A stretch of 63,154 nucleotides of DNA, filler included, from Phoronis australis (taxonomy: Eukaryota; Animalia; Phoronida), in the NCBI GenBank assembly GCA_002633005.1. It is 9 parts of 9 records of this genome, joined end to end, with 100 filler letters (N's around TTAATTAATTAA, not from the genome) between each part and the next. Parts side by side here need not be neighbours in the genome. Positions count along the whole stretch, not along the records: positions 40,460 to 41,735 come from NMRA01001594.1; positions 41,836 to 43,888 come from NMRA01001117.1; positions 43,989 to 46,399 come from NMRA01003681.1; positions 46,500 to 56,463 come from NMRA01000814.1; 5 more parts are not named here. One strand, given 5' to 3'. Positions 40,599-53,097 of this stretch are shown here, piece by piece. The notes under the pieces were generated by a model, which worked only from the letters and a program-made list of their open reading frames with translations, was not told the origin of the DNA and did no database searches. A program made the translations under genes and the position numbers. Positions within the stretch are counted from its first letter, which is position 1. Every line of letters starts with the position of its first letter.

Positions 40599-42651
40599 GC
40601 ACAGTAAATCACCTGGAATTCTCCTGGTGGCCATCTTTCCTTGGTGACTAATAATAACCCATCATGTCAACCAACTTAATGAGACTGGTCTCTAGTCAAT
40701 GGTATGTCCAGTCTTGAGGGTGTTGGACAGACCCTTAGGCACAGGGGAATGCTCCCTCACATTTCAATTGTTTCCAAAGTCTAGAAATCCTTTCCAATCT
40801 TAGTAAGGAGCAAAATGTGGCCGATTTTATAACAGGTAGAGGTCTAAATCAGTTGGTTTTGGCAGTTTGTATGAGTTAGTGGATTAATTACCATTTAAGG
40901 GCTTACCAATCTCTGTTTTGGTGTTTCTCTCAAAGGTGGCTCTGTCATCTAGAAATAAGTGTTACCAGGAAGAGATAACCAGGAAGGGACAACTAGCTAA
41001 ACCGCCGTTTTTGGCCTCCTTCCCCGGTCTAATTTCAGGACTTAAGTTTCGTTTAAAAGGAAACAGATGATTTTATCAGAGAGATTAAAGCTTTTTCTAT
41101 AGAAGGATATCAAAAAATCACTTTGCAACCTTAAACAGTGGTGTAATTGTACTTCTAAAATATCGACTTCAGAGCACTCAATCGCAACTTCCCACACGCA
41201 GTCACGGGTATTTAAGCTTTTCCGATGATGTATAGATGGCGCAGTAGTCAAGTACTCCCTCATTTGCATATCAAATTTGCATGTGGGAGTTCTGAGACTC
41301 TCGTCAGTTGTTGGTCGAGCGCTTGAGTGGATAAAGCGGTGACCTCCCACTGAGAGCACGCGCTGATGAAGATACCACTCGATCGCCTAGCAATCAGGAG
41401 GTGAAAACACTCTCATGACCGCAGTTCTGAATTCCAGCTAAGCAAGCCCTATTCAAGGAGCGGACTTTGAATTGTTTTCGTCCCCTGACAGTGGATTGCA
41501 GAGATTAGAATGAGGTCAACATCAAACTTTCTGCGGCTACATGTCGTGTTGACAAAAGTTTGAAGTGTCAGAACCATAGACGGAGCGTGCGGGATGTCTA
41601 TGATTCCTGTTCTTCAGTTGACGAAAACATTGCTATTGGCATAAAGAATGGCCGTGGGAAATTAATTTTGAGGTGGACACCTGTATCCAAGAATAAATAT
41701 TAATACTCTGTAATATCTCATCCTCCGCGTTTCGTNNNNNNNNNNNNNNNNNNNNNNNNNNNNNNNNNNNNNNNNNNNNTTAATTAATTAANNNNNNNNN
41801 NNNNNNNNNNNNNNNNNNNNNNNNNNNNNNNNNNNTGATTTTAGGTAGCCCTCAAACAAGCAAGAATTGCAAAAAAACTAGTTGGTTGACAGTACTTTTG
41901 GACCACATTTTCTGAATCGGTAGGAAATTTGCTTTCAGACTCTAAGTTTGGTTTTAGTCGTGCATCGGCAGGGAAGTGGTGTTTTTCGGGTGAAAAGTGC
42001 CGATTTTGCATTTTTTTGCCCTTATTTTTCTTAGTCTAGCTTGGTTGTCAGTGGGAATGAAATGGTCAAAAATACAAGAAAGAATAAAGTTTCTGTGCTC
42101 ATCTGCTGGGCTTTTTATGTGAAATAATTGAAAACATGCCATTCTTTGCATCCTGTTTTTGACAGAGTGAAGAAAAGGTTACAAATCAAGTGATGTGTGT
42201 TTTGCTAGGCAAAACCCAGTGAGAACTGTTCTGTGCCTCCTAACCACAATGCTAGGGCATGACCATTAAGCAGTTCTCTAGCCTCCTTTTTGCAATACTA
42301 AGACTTTTCGTGTTATTTGTTGACTACTAGAGAAGTGCTGTGCTGTAGGAGACAATTACGACAGCAGAAAATTGAATAATCGTGAGGAGAATCTCAATAT
42401 GTGGATGCGATATTTTCAAACATAATTCCTGGAATCAGCCCGACATTTCTAAAAAAGCCAATGTGACAATGCAATTTCCTACTTCCTGGACAAACGAAAT
42501 TCCAAGCCTAAGTATCATCCCATTGGGTGAAAGCCTAAAGGTGAAAACTAAAAACGCACAATTCATGTACTGTACTGTTACATTAAATCAGTTCTTGGCC
42601 ACAGTAAGATTAAAAATCGGACGATCGCCGCACAAATGAAGAAGTTCATGA

Positions 42652-42696
42652 TAAATCAACGTTTCGTCTATTTGTTAGTCATCATCAGGATATTTA
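42652..42696 (-). ncRNA. Second hammerhead-like motif (one stem II mismatch)
   Basis: Minus strand TAAATATC-CTGATGA-T-GACTA(ACAAA)TAGAC-GAAA-CGTT-GATTTA. Confidence 0.45.
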
Positions 42697-42830
42697 CATA
42701 GGACAACAAGTGCCAAGTAACATACAGTACATCTCAGGTGACATCCATGAAATGAAGTGAGAGATACAGAGTAGTCACTAGCTGGTCATCACCATAGTTA
42801 CAGGGTCACTGAGCTCTGCATGTTGTTCGC

Positions 42831-42871
42831 ATATCCTGATGATGTCTAACGAATAGACGAAACGTTGATTT
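42831..42871 (+). ncRNA. Putative minimal type-I hammerhead ribozyme
   Basis: ATATC-CTGATGA-T-GTCTA(ACGAA)TAGAC-GAAA-CGTT-GATTT: conserved core, perfect 5-bp stem II, palindromic ACGT in place of stem III, short stem I. Confidence 0.55.
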
Positions 42872-44165
42872 ATCATGAACTTCTTCATTTTTGCGGCGAA
42901 CGTCCGGTTTTTGATTATATTGTTTCAATTTTCCAATGTCGTTAATTAATAACTATGTTGATACTGCGTGTGGCTAAAAGCTAATACAGTGCCATGGCAA
43001 CAATTTTAAATTATTTCTCATGCAAAGTGCACAGTGTCATCAAGTTGACAAAAAAAAAACAAACTTTATAGCTAGTTCTATGGGCACTTGTGACAAAATA
43101 GTTTTCATCCAGTGATCAAGATTTCCAAAAGCATACCTGCACAGTGGACAACAGGCATGGTGGGCAGACAGAAGGATTCACTTACCGTGAAAAGGGTGGC
43201 CTGTGGTACACAAGCCTACACACATAGAAGACTTAATTAATACAACAAACTAAATGTTTAGGGGTAAGACCAGTTCTTCGTTCCAAAGAAGATTACTGCC
43301 AATGGTAGTTGGTTTAGAGTCATGATAGGTTTTACGGATGAAAATTCTTTTTGCCATAGAAAAAATGGACTTCTTGGAAATATTATCACAGACCAAAAAA
43401 AACAATAAATTCCTTTGGATTTTGTCACAATTTTACCGTATAGCTGCCAGTCAGTTGCCGAAAACTAGAACAGTGTCCAAAGTATCTGTCAATATGATTC
43501 TAAGAATATCTTCAGTAAAGTGTTGGTCTGCAACTCTTGGTTGCCACGTGATTTTGAATCTGTCTTAGAATAAAAAACACTTTCTGGCTCATTGCGTCAC
43601 TGATAAACAGGTCAGTGAAATGATCACACCTGTGCCTCACAGCCTGATGTTAGTTTCTCGCCAACTTGGCAACATCATGGAAGTCTTAACATGATATCAA
43701 GGTACATTACTAGTAAAACATTTGTCATGTGACCTCACTCGGCTTTACGTAACCGATGGGCCTCAATGTCGCTACGACAAATTTAAACGTAACTTTCATT
43801 AAATAATGCCAGTTTGGTCATTCGGAGTAAACTTGAGCAACAATCACAACCAAGCAGACATTCAAGACCAGTTAGTCAAAAGTCATTANNNNNNNNNNNN
43901 NNNNNNNNNNNNNNNNNNNNNNNNNNNNNNNNTTAATTAATTAANNNNNNNNNNNNNNNNNNNNNNNNNNNNNNNNNNNNNNNNNNNNATGTTATGAAAT
44001 TGGGCTTATATTGTGCCTTAGTCAAATTGGATTTTGTTCCAAAGATTCATTATTGCTTGTCTGATATCATGCTCTATAAGTTCGGTTGTCACAGAGTATC
44101 ACTTTATGGTTTGAAGTAATAACAACATTAAGTGTCAGTTCTTTTCAAAGCCAGAAATACGAGTT

Positions 44166-44288
44166 AGAAACTATGTACAGTGTACAGGGCTCAGTACTAA
44201 ACATATAGAAACTATGTACAGTGTACAGGGCTCAATACTAAACATATAGAAACTATGTACAGTGTACAGGGCTCAATACTAAACATAT
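44166..44288. repeat. 41-bp tandem repeat x3
   Basis: TAGAAACTATGTACAGTGTACAGGGCTCARTACTAAACATA repeated. Confidence 0.93.
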
Positions 44289-44376
44289 AATGTCAGAATA
44301 TGAGCGCACTTCATTCACTTCGCACGACTCATGAGCTGTCTGTTCTGATTTTCATTGAACGATTCGGACTTGTGGT

Positions 44377-45486
44377 GCAGACCTGCCAAGGGGTTATAAG
44401 AACTTTGCTGGAGGTTGGTTGAAATTTTGCTTGAGATAGGACAAATTTGCTCAAATTTTGCTTGATGTTCCTTGTCGTGTCAGGTAGGCTCATTCTGCCT
44501 CTCTCTCCCTTCCTGGACTAGTTTTTAAGTATGTCGTTAGATGTCGCCTTTTAGATTGCCATTATGGACGCCGCATGCTCGGCACAGTTATTGGAGTTAT
44601 TTACGTAGTTATTCTCAGAATTTGGCCTTGTTACAGAGGATAGTTGTAAGTAGTTCGTTATTTAATCACATTCCCTTCCGTTCTTGTAGGTATTAGTCTT
44701 TGTGTTCTCGTAATTTCCGTACTGTAGGTTTATTTGCAGTCCTTTCGATCTGCCATTGTTTGTTACCGATTTTGCGAGACGCGTCGTTGTGGTGCATTTC
44801 ACTATTAGTTTCAGAGTATTTAACTTTCATTGCTGTTTATTTAGATTCTGGAATTCGCAGAATTATTCTTACAGTATTTGCAATACCTGTTCTCCAGATA
44901 TTTCTAGATATTCCTTTGGTGTATCTCGGTCTCTTTAGAAATTATCTCCCCTGTATTTCATTGGACTCAGTCATTGTCTTGTGTGGGGTTTGTTTTATCT
45001 TCCCCTTTCGTGCGGTTTTATGCCTTGTAAATGGTATAGCATACTGACACTGTTCATTGTTTTCTTTCAGTTTTCACTATACAGCTTACAATAAATAATT
45101 CACTTCTGGAATTGTTGTAATTGGTGACACCCCTGCCCCTACGGGACAGGACATTCCTGGTGATATCTTCACTAACTATCAACTTTATATATCCTAAAAT
45201 ATAAGACTTAACTAGTCATATTACTTTAATAAAAAAACATTTTATTTCACGAAAACGATGTTACATCGTCTTTACATGTATATTTTAAAAAGAATACCAA
45301 TAATAATGTTCACTAGGTGGCAGAATGCTCCACATGTCTCTCGACTCATCGTCAACACATTTAAGGACCATATAACCACGATATAAGCATAGAAAACTAG
45401 GTTTTTGAAAATTTACGACCAAAAAATTAATTTTTCATGCCCAAATGCGTGAGTCATGCGAGATGCACGAGATTTGGCAGGTCTGC
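44377..45486. mobile_element. MITE-like element with 13-bp TIRs, interrupted by a solo LTR
   Basis: GCAGACCTGCCAA (44377-44389) / TTGGCAGGTCTGC (45474-45486); no clean TSD seen. Confidence 0.55.
44473..45153 (+). mobile_element. Solo LTR (681 bp) with 5-bp TSD
   Basis: Starts TGTCGTGTC, ends GACAGGACA; TTCCT on both flanks (44468-44472, 45154-45158); AATAAA at 45090. Confidence 0.85.
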
Positions 45487-46499
45487 TCGTGTCTGATTAC
45501 TTCCTGTAGTATTTGAGTGCTTGGTAACTCTGTGGTTACCAAACGAATCTGAGTTGAAACATGTTTTATAGCTCTGTAAAAGATCTCAGTGAAATGTTCA
45601 CTAGTTGGATGTTATGCTGATCAATGGCCACTCGGGTGTTCAATGCTATGCAGAGATGAGTTTAGCAAGTGACATATGAATCACCTCAACATGTATCATG
45701 TATTGAGCAGTTTAGTGAGTGACATATACATTAAGGAGACATGTATCATGAGAGAACGTAGAGCCAACATATTTGTTCCATTTCACAAGCTAGCGTAGAA
45801 GACATTTGGTACTCAGTACTTTTGAAATCCCAAGTCTACATGGACAAGTGGCGCTGGTACAATCGGGAGCAGAGATTGTAAACTAAGGCAGTGGAGACTC
45901 AAGTGGCCCATTATGGTTTGATTGACCCTTGACCTCTGTGTATCGTATGACAAAGTGAAAAAGAATGTTTGAAGGAAAAATGGTGTATTATATGTGAACA
46001 GACAAGAGGATTGTGGGAAAGTAAGCAAAGCTTTTAAACAACTTTCATTTGATGAAATAATCCTAGAGAAGACTATCGTTTGACATTTAGTGGACGGCTG
46101 TCACACAGATGTATTATGCACAAAGTGAAGATCCAGCCACTTTGAAACGACCATGAATTAAATGTATGGAATAAAGTCACATTAATGATGCGCTTCTTCA
46201 ATTCAGATGACTACTAGAGGCGACAAAACTGGTGATCACGTGGATGAGAACTACTCATTTAGGTACCATTATTGTCTTTGTAATCCATTTTAGATAATTT
46301 TTTATTAGTTTTCATGTTGAAGATGAGCTTTTTGTTAAAATATGAAAATCATCAAGTTAACTTTCAACGTGTCAGAGTTCACTTTAGTTTCGTTTTGTAN
46401 NNNNNNNNNNNNNNNNNNNNNNNNNNNNNNNNNNNNNNNNNNNTTAATTAATTAANNNNNNNNNNNNNNNNNNNNNNNNNNNNNNNNNNNNNNNNNNNN

Positions 46500-46825
46500 A
46501 GATCAATATCAACTCGTCATTGACACAGATCAATATCAACTCGTTGTCATTGACCCAGATCAATATCAACTCGTTGTCATTGACCCAGATCAATATCAAC
46601 TCATTGTCATTGACACAGATCAATATCAACTCGTTGTCATTGACACAGATCAATATCAACTCGTTGTCATTGACCCAGATCAATATCAACTCGTTGTCAT
46701 TGACACAGATCAATATCAACTCGTTGTCATTGACACAGATCAATATCAACTCGTTGTCATTGACCCAGATCAATATCAACTCGTTGTCATTGACCCAGAT
46801 CAATATCAAGCGGTTGTCATTGACA
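46500..46825. repeat. 30-bp minisatellite (GATCAATATCAACTCGTTGTCATTGACMCA), ~11 units, gap-adjacent
   Basis: Direct reading; explains the repetitive ORFs at 46444-46921. Confidence 0.97.
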
Positions 46826-47914
46826 TCGCATAATTCTAAAAGGAAAAGATTCAATGCAATTTTTATTTATAAAACTGTACAATTACTGGTATACGAAGAT
46901 GGTGATGAGAAACTATCATGAACAAGAATTCCTTAGGTGATTTCAATGAAAGCATTTAGACTTAAAATGATAACTCCACCTAGACTACATGAAAATCATT
47001 GACTATGAAATGTTTTGAATCCCAGTAGGTATATCAGTTTTGAGATGCAGTGCCAAGTACCATTGTGTGACTGCAACAATCAATTGCCATATAATCAAAT
47101 CACAGTAAAAAGCTTCCATTTGATTATTAATATTTTCTTTAACTAGTGATACTTTGTGTTGCAGATAGTCAGTTGTGTGTGAAGCCTGCTTAGAACATGA
47201 ACACTAACACAACTCTACGTCTTCACTTTAACACACTGTGTACGAGTCTAGCCTGGCTACAAGTAAGAAACTAACAAACAAGTTTCAAAGGCCCCTAGTT
47301 GTAGGCTGCAACAAGGTTGTAACGACCTAGAGTATGAAAAATTTAACAGTGACCACTTGAATGTAATATCAAACAGAATTCACACAAAACAATGATGTCT
47401 TCCCACAAGACAGATGGTAACAGTTACCTCCACCAGTTGTTACTAAACTGGGTATTGTGCGCCAACTTGGCAAAGCATGCTAATGTCGCTGTCTGCAAAG
47501 CTCGACATGAAACGCACCAATGCTATGTAAACATCCATCAATTGAACATGTGTTTTATAATTGAATCAAGAGGTTAGTAAAAATATAATCAATTCAAATC
47601 TACTTGACCTGTCCTGAAATGGCACAACATCACTCTCATTCTAAGGTATTTACCCACAATGCAGCACGTGTGCTTCCTGAAACACAAATGTACTAGTCAC
47701 TATCACAACCTTATTATCCATCACTGTAATGCAAACTATCATGTTTCAATGCTGGCATGAAGAAATTGACAAAAAGACATTGCTGAATGAGCTTCATTTC
47801 CGGAGTGCATGAAATTTTGAAAAGTAGGTCAGTCATGCAGCATGTATTTCTATCTCCAGAAAAGTAGCCAGCTCAATCCAGGCATATGGGATAGTGCATC
47901 ATAACTAATGATGT

Positions 47915-48123
47915 TCATGAGGCCTCGTCTTCTCCATTTTCATTATCGTCACCGTTGTCGTCTTCATCATCTTCATCATCACCAGCCTCCTCAACACTGT
48001 CGTCGTCCACTTCTATCACCTCCCCTGTCTCTTCGCTACCACCACCAGAGGTCTCAGTCTGTTCCTTAGCCTTTTTCCTTTGTTCCGATGCCTCCTTTTT
48101 ACCCTTCTGCTGTTTTCTATAAG
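47915..48123 (-). CDS. POLE3: DNA polymerase epsilon subunit 3 / CHRAC17, last exon (AYRKQQKGKKEASEQRKK... acidic tail)
   Basis: Matches the POLE3 motif AYR.EQKGKKEASEQ.KK plus a D/E-rich tail; ttacag acceptor; TGA stop. Confidence 0.93.
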
Positions 48124-49260
48124 CTGTAAGGGAATAATGATTAGAGTAAGTACATGTCATTTTTCTAAGATCCTACATATGCTTAAAACCAAAGGACTGG
48201 TTCTCCAGCTGAGGCACTAACAAGCCATAGGTTGGGCAGTAAGCCAAGCATGGACATTTCAAAAATGATTTTTGCAAAGTCAGGGCCTCGGATGTTTCAC
48301 CAGAACGGTCCATTTATGTGGACACCTCATACTTGCCTGAAAGAGTCAAATACTAAAATAGTAGCAGACCAAGTGTATTTCTGGCCCAATTAAAGCAAGG
48401 CAAAGATGAAACTTTAATATTTGTTGCTTAAAGATAAGCGTGTATAAACGCCTTGAAGATAAGTCACACACAGAGTTCTCAGTAAAAGGTGTTGGTGGTT
48501 TAAAAGGTCTTGTAGGCAATGGAAATAGAATGCTGCCATTATATGGAATAGAATGCTGCCATGGTATGCAATAGAATGCTGCCATGGTATGCAATAGAAT
48601 GCTCCCATAGTATGCAATAGAATGCTCCCATGGTATGCAATAGAATGCTGCCNTTCCTTAGCCTTTTTCCTTTGTTCCGATGCCTCCTTTTTACCCTTCT
48701 GCTGTTTTCTATAAGCTGTAAGGGAATAATAATTAGAGTAAGTACATGTCATTTTTCTAAGATCCTATGCTTAAAACCGAAGGACTGGTTCTCCAGCTGA
48801 GGCACTAACAAGCCATAGGTTGGGCAGTAAGCCAAGCATGGACCTTTCAAAAATGATTTTTGCAAAGTCAGGGCCTTGGATGTTTCACCAGAACGGTCCA
48901 TTTATGTGGACACCTCATACTTGCCTGAAAGAGTCAAATACTAAAACAGTAGCAGACCAAGTGTATTTCTGGCCCAATTAAAGCAAGGCAAAGATGAAAC
49001 TTTAATATTTGTTGCTTAAAGATAAGCGTGTATACACGCCTTGAAGATAAGTCACACACAGAGTTCTCAGTTTAAGAACCAGTTTGTTCCACTCAATAAA
49101 AGGTGTTGGTGGTTTAAAAGGTCTTGTAGGCAATGGAAATAGAATGCTGCCATTATATGGAATAGAATGCTGCTGTGGTATGCAATAGAATGCTGCCATG
49201 GTATGCAATAGAATGCTCCCATGGTATGCAATAGAATGCTCCCATGGTATGCAATAGAAT
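48063..49260. repeat. ~0.6-kb duplication across a single N (48653), including a partial second copy of the POLE3 last exon (48654-48715); likely allelic
   Basis: Near-identical copies with small indels. Confidence 0.8.
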
Positions 49261-49318
49261 GCTGCCATGGTATGCAATAGAATGCTGCCATGGTATGCAA
49301 TAGAATGCTGCCATGGTA
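49137..49318. repeat. 23-bp minisatellite CAATAGAATGCTSCCATGGTATG (also at 48523-48652)
   Basis: Direct reading. Confidence 0.93.
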
Positions 49319-49421
49319 AGGAATATCACAAAACTGATTTTATGAGTAAAAGACCCAATTCAATTTTCATGTTTAGCCAGTTAAACAGGTCAAACTGTAG
49401 CTTTAAATACTGGTCACTCAC

Positions 49422-49540
49422 CTTCTAAACACTGTTTCAATGGCTCTATGAACCTGCCAAACTCCATTTCGTCCATTCCATTCATGATGTCCTGAGCATT
49501 CATAGTCTTTCTGTTGGCCTTCATTGCAAAGTTATTAGCA
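49422..49540 (-). CDS. POLE3: POLE3 exon ([39 protein letters not shown])
   Basis: Histone-fold C-terminal half; tttcag acceptor and gtgagt donor; phases fit. Confidence 0.95.
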
Positions 49541-49786
49541 CTGAAAAGGCAACAATGTATACACATGACAGGATAACATAGTATAAAGATGACCGGCTAA
49601 TATGTAAATAAATTCAGAAAATAGGACTGATGTTTAACCCCATCAGCTGATAACAATAAAAATATTCAAGGACAGAGTTTGAACCCTGTGTTTGCTGGCA
49701 GCCTACGAGTGTTGCATGAATTGTCTTTTGCCGCGGTCAGATCAGTCTTAATTGTGTGTAATGGGATTGGAGGGGTGTGACAAAAA

Positions 49787-50273
49787 ATATCAATGACTGA
49801 GTCTTGACAGGTTACTATATCAATGACTGAGACTTGACAGGTTACTATATCAATCACTGAGACTTGACAAGTTACTATATCAATCACTGAGTCTTTACAG
49901 GTTACTATATCAATCACTGAGTCTTTACAGGTTACTATATCAATCACTGAGTCTTGACAGGTTACTATATCAATGACTGAGTCTTGACAGGTTACAATAT
50001 CAATCACTGAGTCTTGACAGGNTTCAATTACTGAGTCTTTACAGGTTACTATATCAATCACTGAGTCTTGACAGGTTACTATATCAATCACTGAGTCTTG
50101 ACAGGTTACTATATCAATCATTGAGTCTTGACATATCACAATATCAATCACTGAGTCTTGACAGGTTACAATATCAATCATTAAGTCTTGAGAGGTGACT
50201 ATATCAATCACTGAGTCTTGACAGGTTATTATATGAATCACTGAGTCTTTACAGGTTGCAATATCAATCCCTG
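49787..50273. repeat. 30-bp minisatellite (ATATCAATCACTGAGTCTTGACAGGTTACT), ~16 units, in a POLE3 intron
   Basis: Direct reading; explains ORF 49666-50241. Confidence 0.97.
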
Positions 50274-50658
50274 AGGAACCTTTTTAGAGGTTTTTAATAC
50301 ATTGAATTTGTGTCTTGAATTTTCCAGTCAAACTGTTGTTCGAGTGGAGTTCATTGAATGATTGTGGTTTGAGGGCATAATTAGCACTGCATGTAGCTTT
50401 AAACACTCACGAGTTTTGGGGTGGAATCCCTTGTTTTGCTTCTTGGCATTCCTAACTGTGTTGCCTAACAATGCAAGCGGAAGAACTTTAATTGGCTCAA
50501 GAATTGTGTTGCATAACAATGCAGGCGGGAGGAAAACACTTATTGGCCCAAGAGTGAGATTAACTGCCGCTAACTTGATATTTATAATGAAATTTCAAAC
50601 TGTGATTTCAGTTTGACCTCATTCGCTATGCATGAGACTTTAACACTAATGATCTTAC

Positions 50659-50744
50659 CAAGATGTGGCATAGAGGATGAAGACACTGGCAGCTTTTGAT
50701 ATGGCCAGGCGGGCATCTTTGGACACATTAACACCTTCAGGCAC
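50659..50744 (-). CDS. POLE3: POLE3 exon ([29 protein letters not shown])
   Basis: Matches the POLE3 segment [29 protein letters not shown]; gtaaga donor. Confidence 0.95.
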
Positions 50745-50828
50745 CTATAATATGACAACAGCTTTAGATATGGCCAGGCGGGCATCTTTGGACACATTAA
50801 CACCTTCAGGCACCTATAATATGACAAC
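50690..50828. repeat. 69-bp tandem duplication spanning a POLE3 acceptor and exon start
   Basis: 50690-50758 and 50759-50827 differ by one substitution. Confidence 0.95.
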
Positions 50829-51706
50829 TCTAGTTATACCGACTATGGTTTGCCTGTCCTAACACTGCAGCTCTGCGCACGCGCGCCACTTTGAAGCTAA
50901 CCATGACAACACAAACACGCTAGAATTAAGTTTATGCATTCAGGCTAGTTCTTAACAAAGCAGCAAACTCAGTTATAATCACTGCCTTAAATGGCTATGA
51001 ATAATGTGAGCTCATTAGTGGGGCAATAAATATTGTTTGAGTTCATAAGGGGGGCAAGATAAAAACGCATTCTTGCCCTGCTTCAGCTGATATCAGAATT
51101 TGTTTATGAAAAAATAAAGAACCATACTAAACAAAATATTGCATCACAAATCAGTTTTCAAAAACCAACTATGGATCTGAACCAAATATGCATTTTTGGC
51201 ATAAAGCATGAATCGCAATTGTGAGCCTTCAACAGGAGTAAAATTATGCAAATTTTGTCATTATTTTTTCTCGTTTCCCTAATCAATCTGAAGACTGCTA
51301 CATAAACCCACTTCGTGTCAACAAAACTATTTTGATTAAGACAACTTTCCGCTATCAACGTGGCTTTTTGTTCAATAAACTAAAGACAGAGTAAAAAAGA
51401 ACAAATCAGATGAATGGCCCTCGATGCTTTGATTTTGGGGCCATATATCAGCCCCATTCTCCTACAAAAAATATTTAAATGTTACCCAGAAATCCCTCCA
51501 ATTACTGAAGAATTCTCCTCAAGGTTATAAGCATTCTGTGAAACGCGAGGCACTGCGCCAAATGAGGATTGGAACTGATGGCGACCGGAGGTGGGGTGTG
51601 GGCATTTTCCCCTCAACCAATTCTCTCGCAGAAGTCTCAGGCACCCGAGGACCCTGAGATACATACTTATGACATCACAGTGTTTTATGGTTTGTGGTCA
51701 ACTTAC

Positions 51707-51772
51707 TGCATCTTTTATTATACGCGAGATTACAGCAGTCGGGAGACTTAGATCTTCTGGTCTTTCAGCCAT
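51707..51772 (-). CDS. POLE3: POLE3 first coding exon ([22 protein letters not shown])
   Basis: Matches the POLE3 N-terminus [22 protein letters not shown]; gtaagt donor; total CDS 66+86+119+209 = 480 nt = 159 aa. Confidence 0.96.
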
Positions 51773-53097
51773 CTTCACAACACACACTGTAACAAAGTAC
51801 ACAAGACATTCAAAAGAGATTGATCTTTCAATTCCCCACCAAGCAAACTGGCAAAATCAAGACAAGGGCTTCCATGACAAATAGTCAAAACTGACCTCTT
51901 TACGGATGGTGAAAACCAATGGTTGCACATTTCAGGTCAATTTTCTGGAGAGTCAAACCTCAAAATGTACAATTAACGTCGCAAGAACTTCAAAACCTGT
52001 GTCATAACCATAGAACTCTGTTTGTAATGAGAGTCGACAATTCAAGACATTGCTATCTTGAATGACTCCAGTCATAAATAACATTTACTATCTTGAATGA
52101 CTCCAGTCATAAATGACATTTGTCGCCCCCATAATAGTTCAATACAGGCCATTTTTGTTGTTTACAGAGTTACTGTATGGGTCATGAAAGGGTAATGATA
52201 TTTCATCAGATTACTCCACTATAGCTTATTAAGTAATGCAACCAAAATTGGGATAAATGAATTCTTTTGATTAGAATAAATTCTCCCTGTTGGGATAATG
52301 GATTTTACTAAGTGTAGAAGGGGAAAAAGTATTCAATCTGGGATATTTGAGTTTGACATCACTGAATAGTGTGAAAAAATTATTAAAAAATGACTTGTGA
52401 TATGTTGTGATATGATTCAACATACTGGTCACCACTTGTTGTTGACATACAGTGCTGAAGGCAAATAACCTGATTGTAGTGTAAACCATCAAACATAAAC
52501 TATAATCTGACGCAGCCAAGTCATTTTTGAAATTCATCCTGGTACGGGAATTGGGGATAGTTAGGCCTATAAAAGATCTTTAACCCAGCCGCAGAGCGTC
52601 TAAAGCCGCGCACCGTACCAGTGACTGCTGGCAACTCATCGGACACTCAACTTTAACATCCTTCGCCGCAGAGATAACAACTCTTGGGCTGTCTCCAGTG
52701 AGTCCATTCTGTGTTGAATGACGTTTAGGTAAAAAAAGTCATAACTAACTTGCTACAGTTTTCAAAAGGTTCGTTGATATCCAAAATTATCCGGAAACCA
52801 AATCAATTTTCTGGAATTTATTTTCAGGTAATATGAAAGCAAACTTTCTCAGACAATGTGCAGTTTCTGTGGGACACACCCATGGCTTATTGTTTACAGT
52901 CAGATTCCAAAATCATAGCAACTCCGGAGTCAGTTTGGTAACCTTCTAAGATGATAATGAGTACATCCGGCATGCAGCAACAGCGTGGCATGTTGACCGA
53001 CTTGTAAACAAAAGCAAACGACGACCGAACTTATCACAACCGAGGTAGAACAATGACTGACTCGACAGCTCTCACAGTCAGACTATAATGCAAAGAA

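Larger units (their letters stand above)
42612..42912. mobile_element. Foldback element with ~82-bp inverted arms, each carrying a hammerhead-like core (Penelope-like pLTR remnant?)
   Basis: Arms 42612-42693 and 42831-42912 are reverse complements with few mismatches. Confidence 0.75.

Noticed and set aside
41350-41416. CTGATGA...GAAA hammerhead-like motif
   Set aside because: No proper stem II closing or NUH site
46444-46921. Repeat proteins or a CRISPR-like array
   Set aside because: Plain tandem 30-bp units without unique spacers; eukaryotic context; no cas genes
49666-50241. 191-aa CQDSVIDIVT repeat protein
   Set aside because: Minisatellite inside a POLE3 intron
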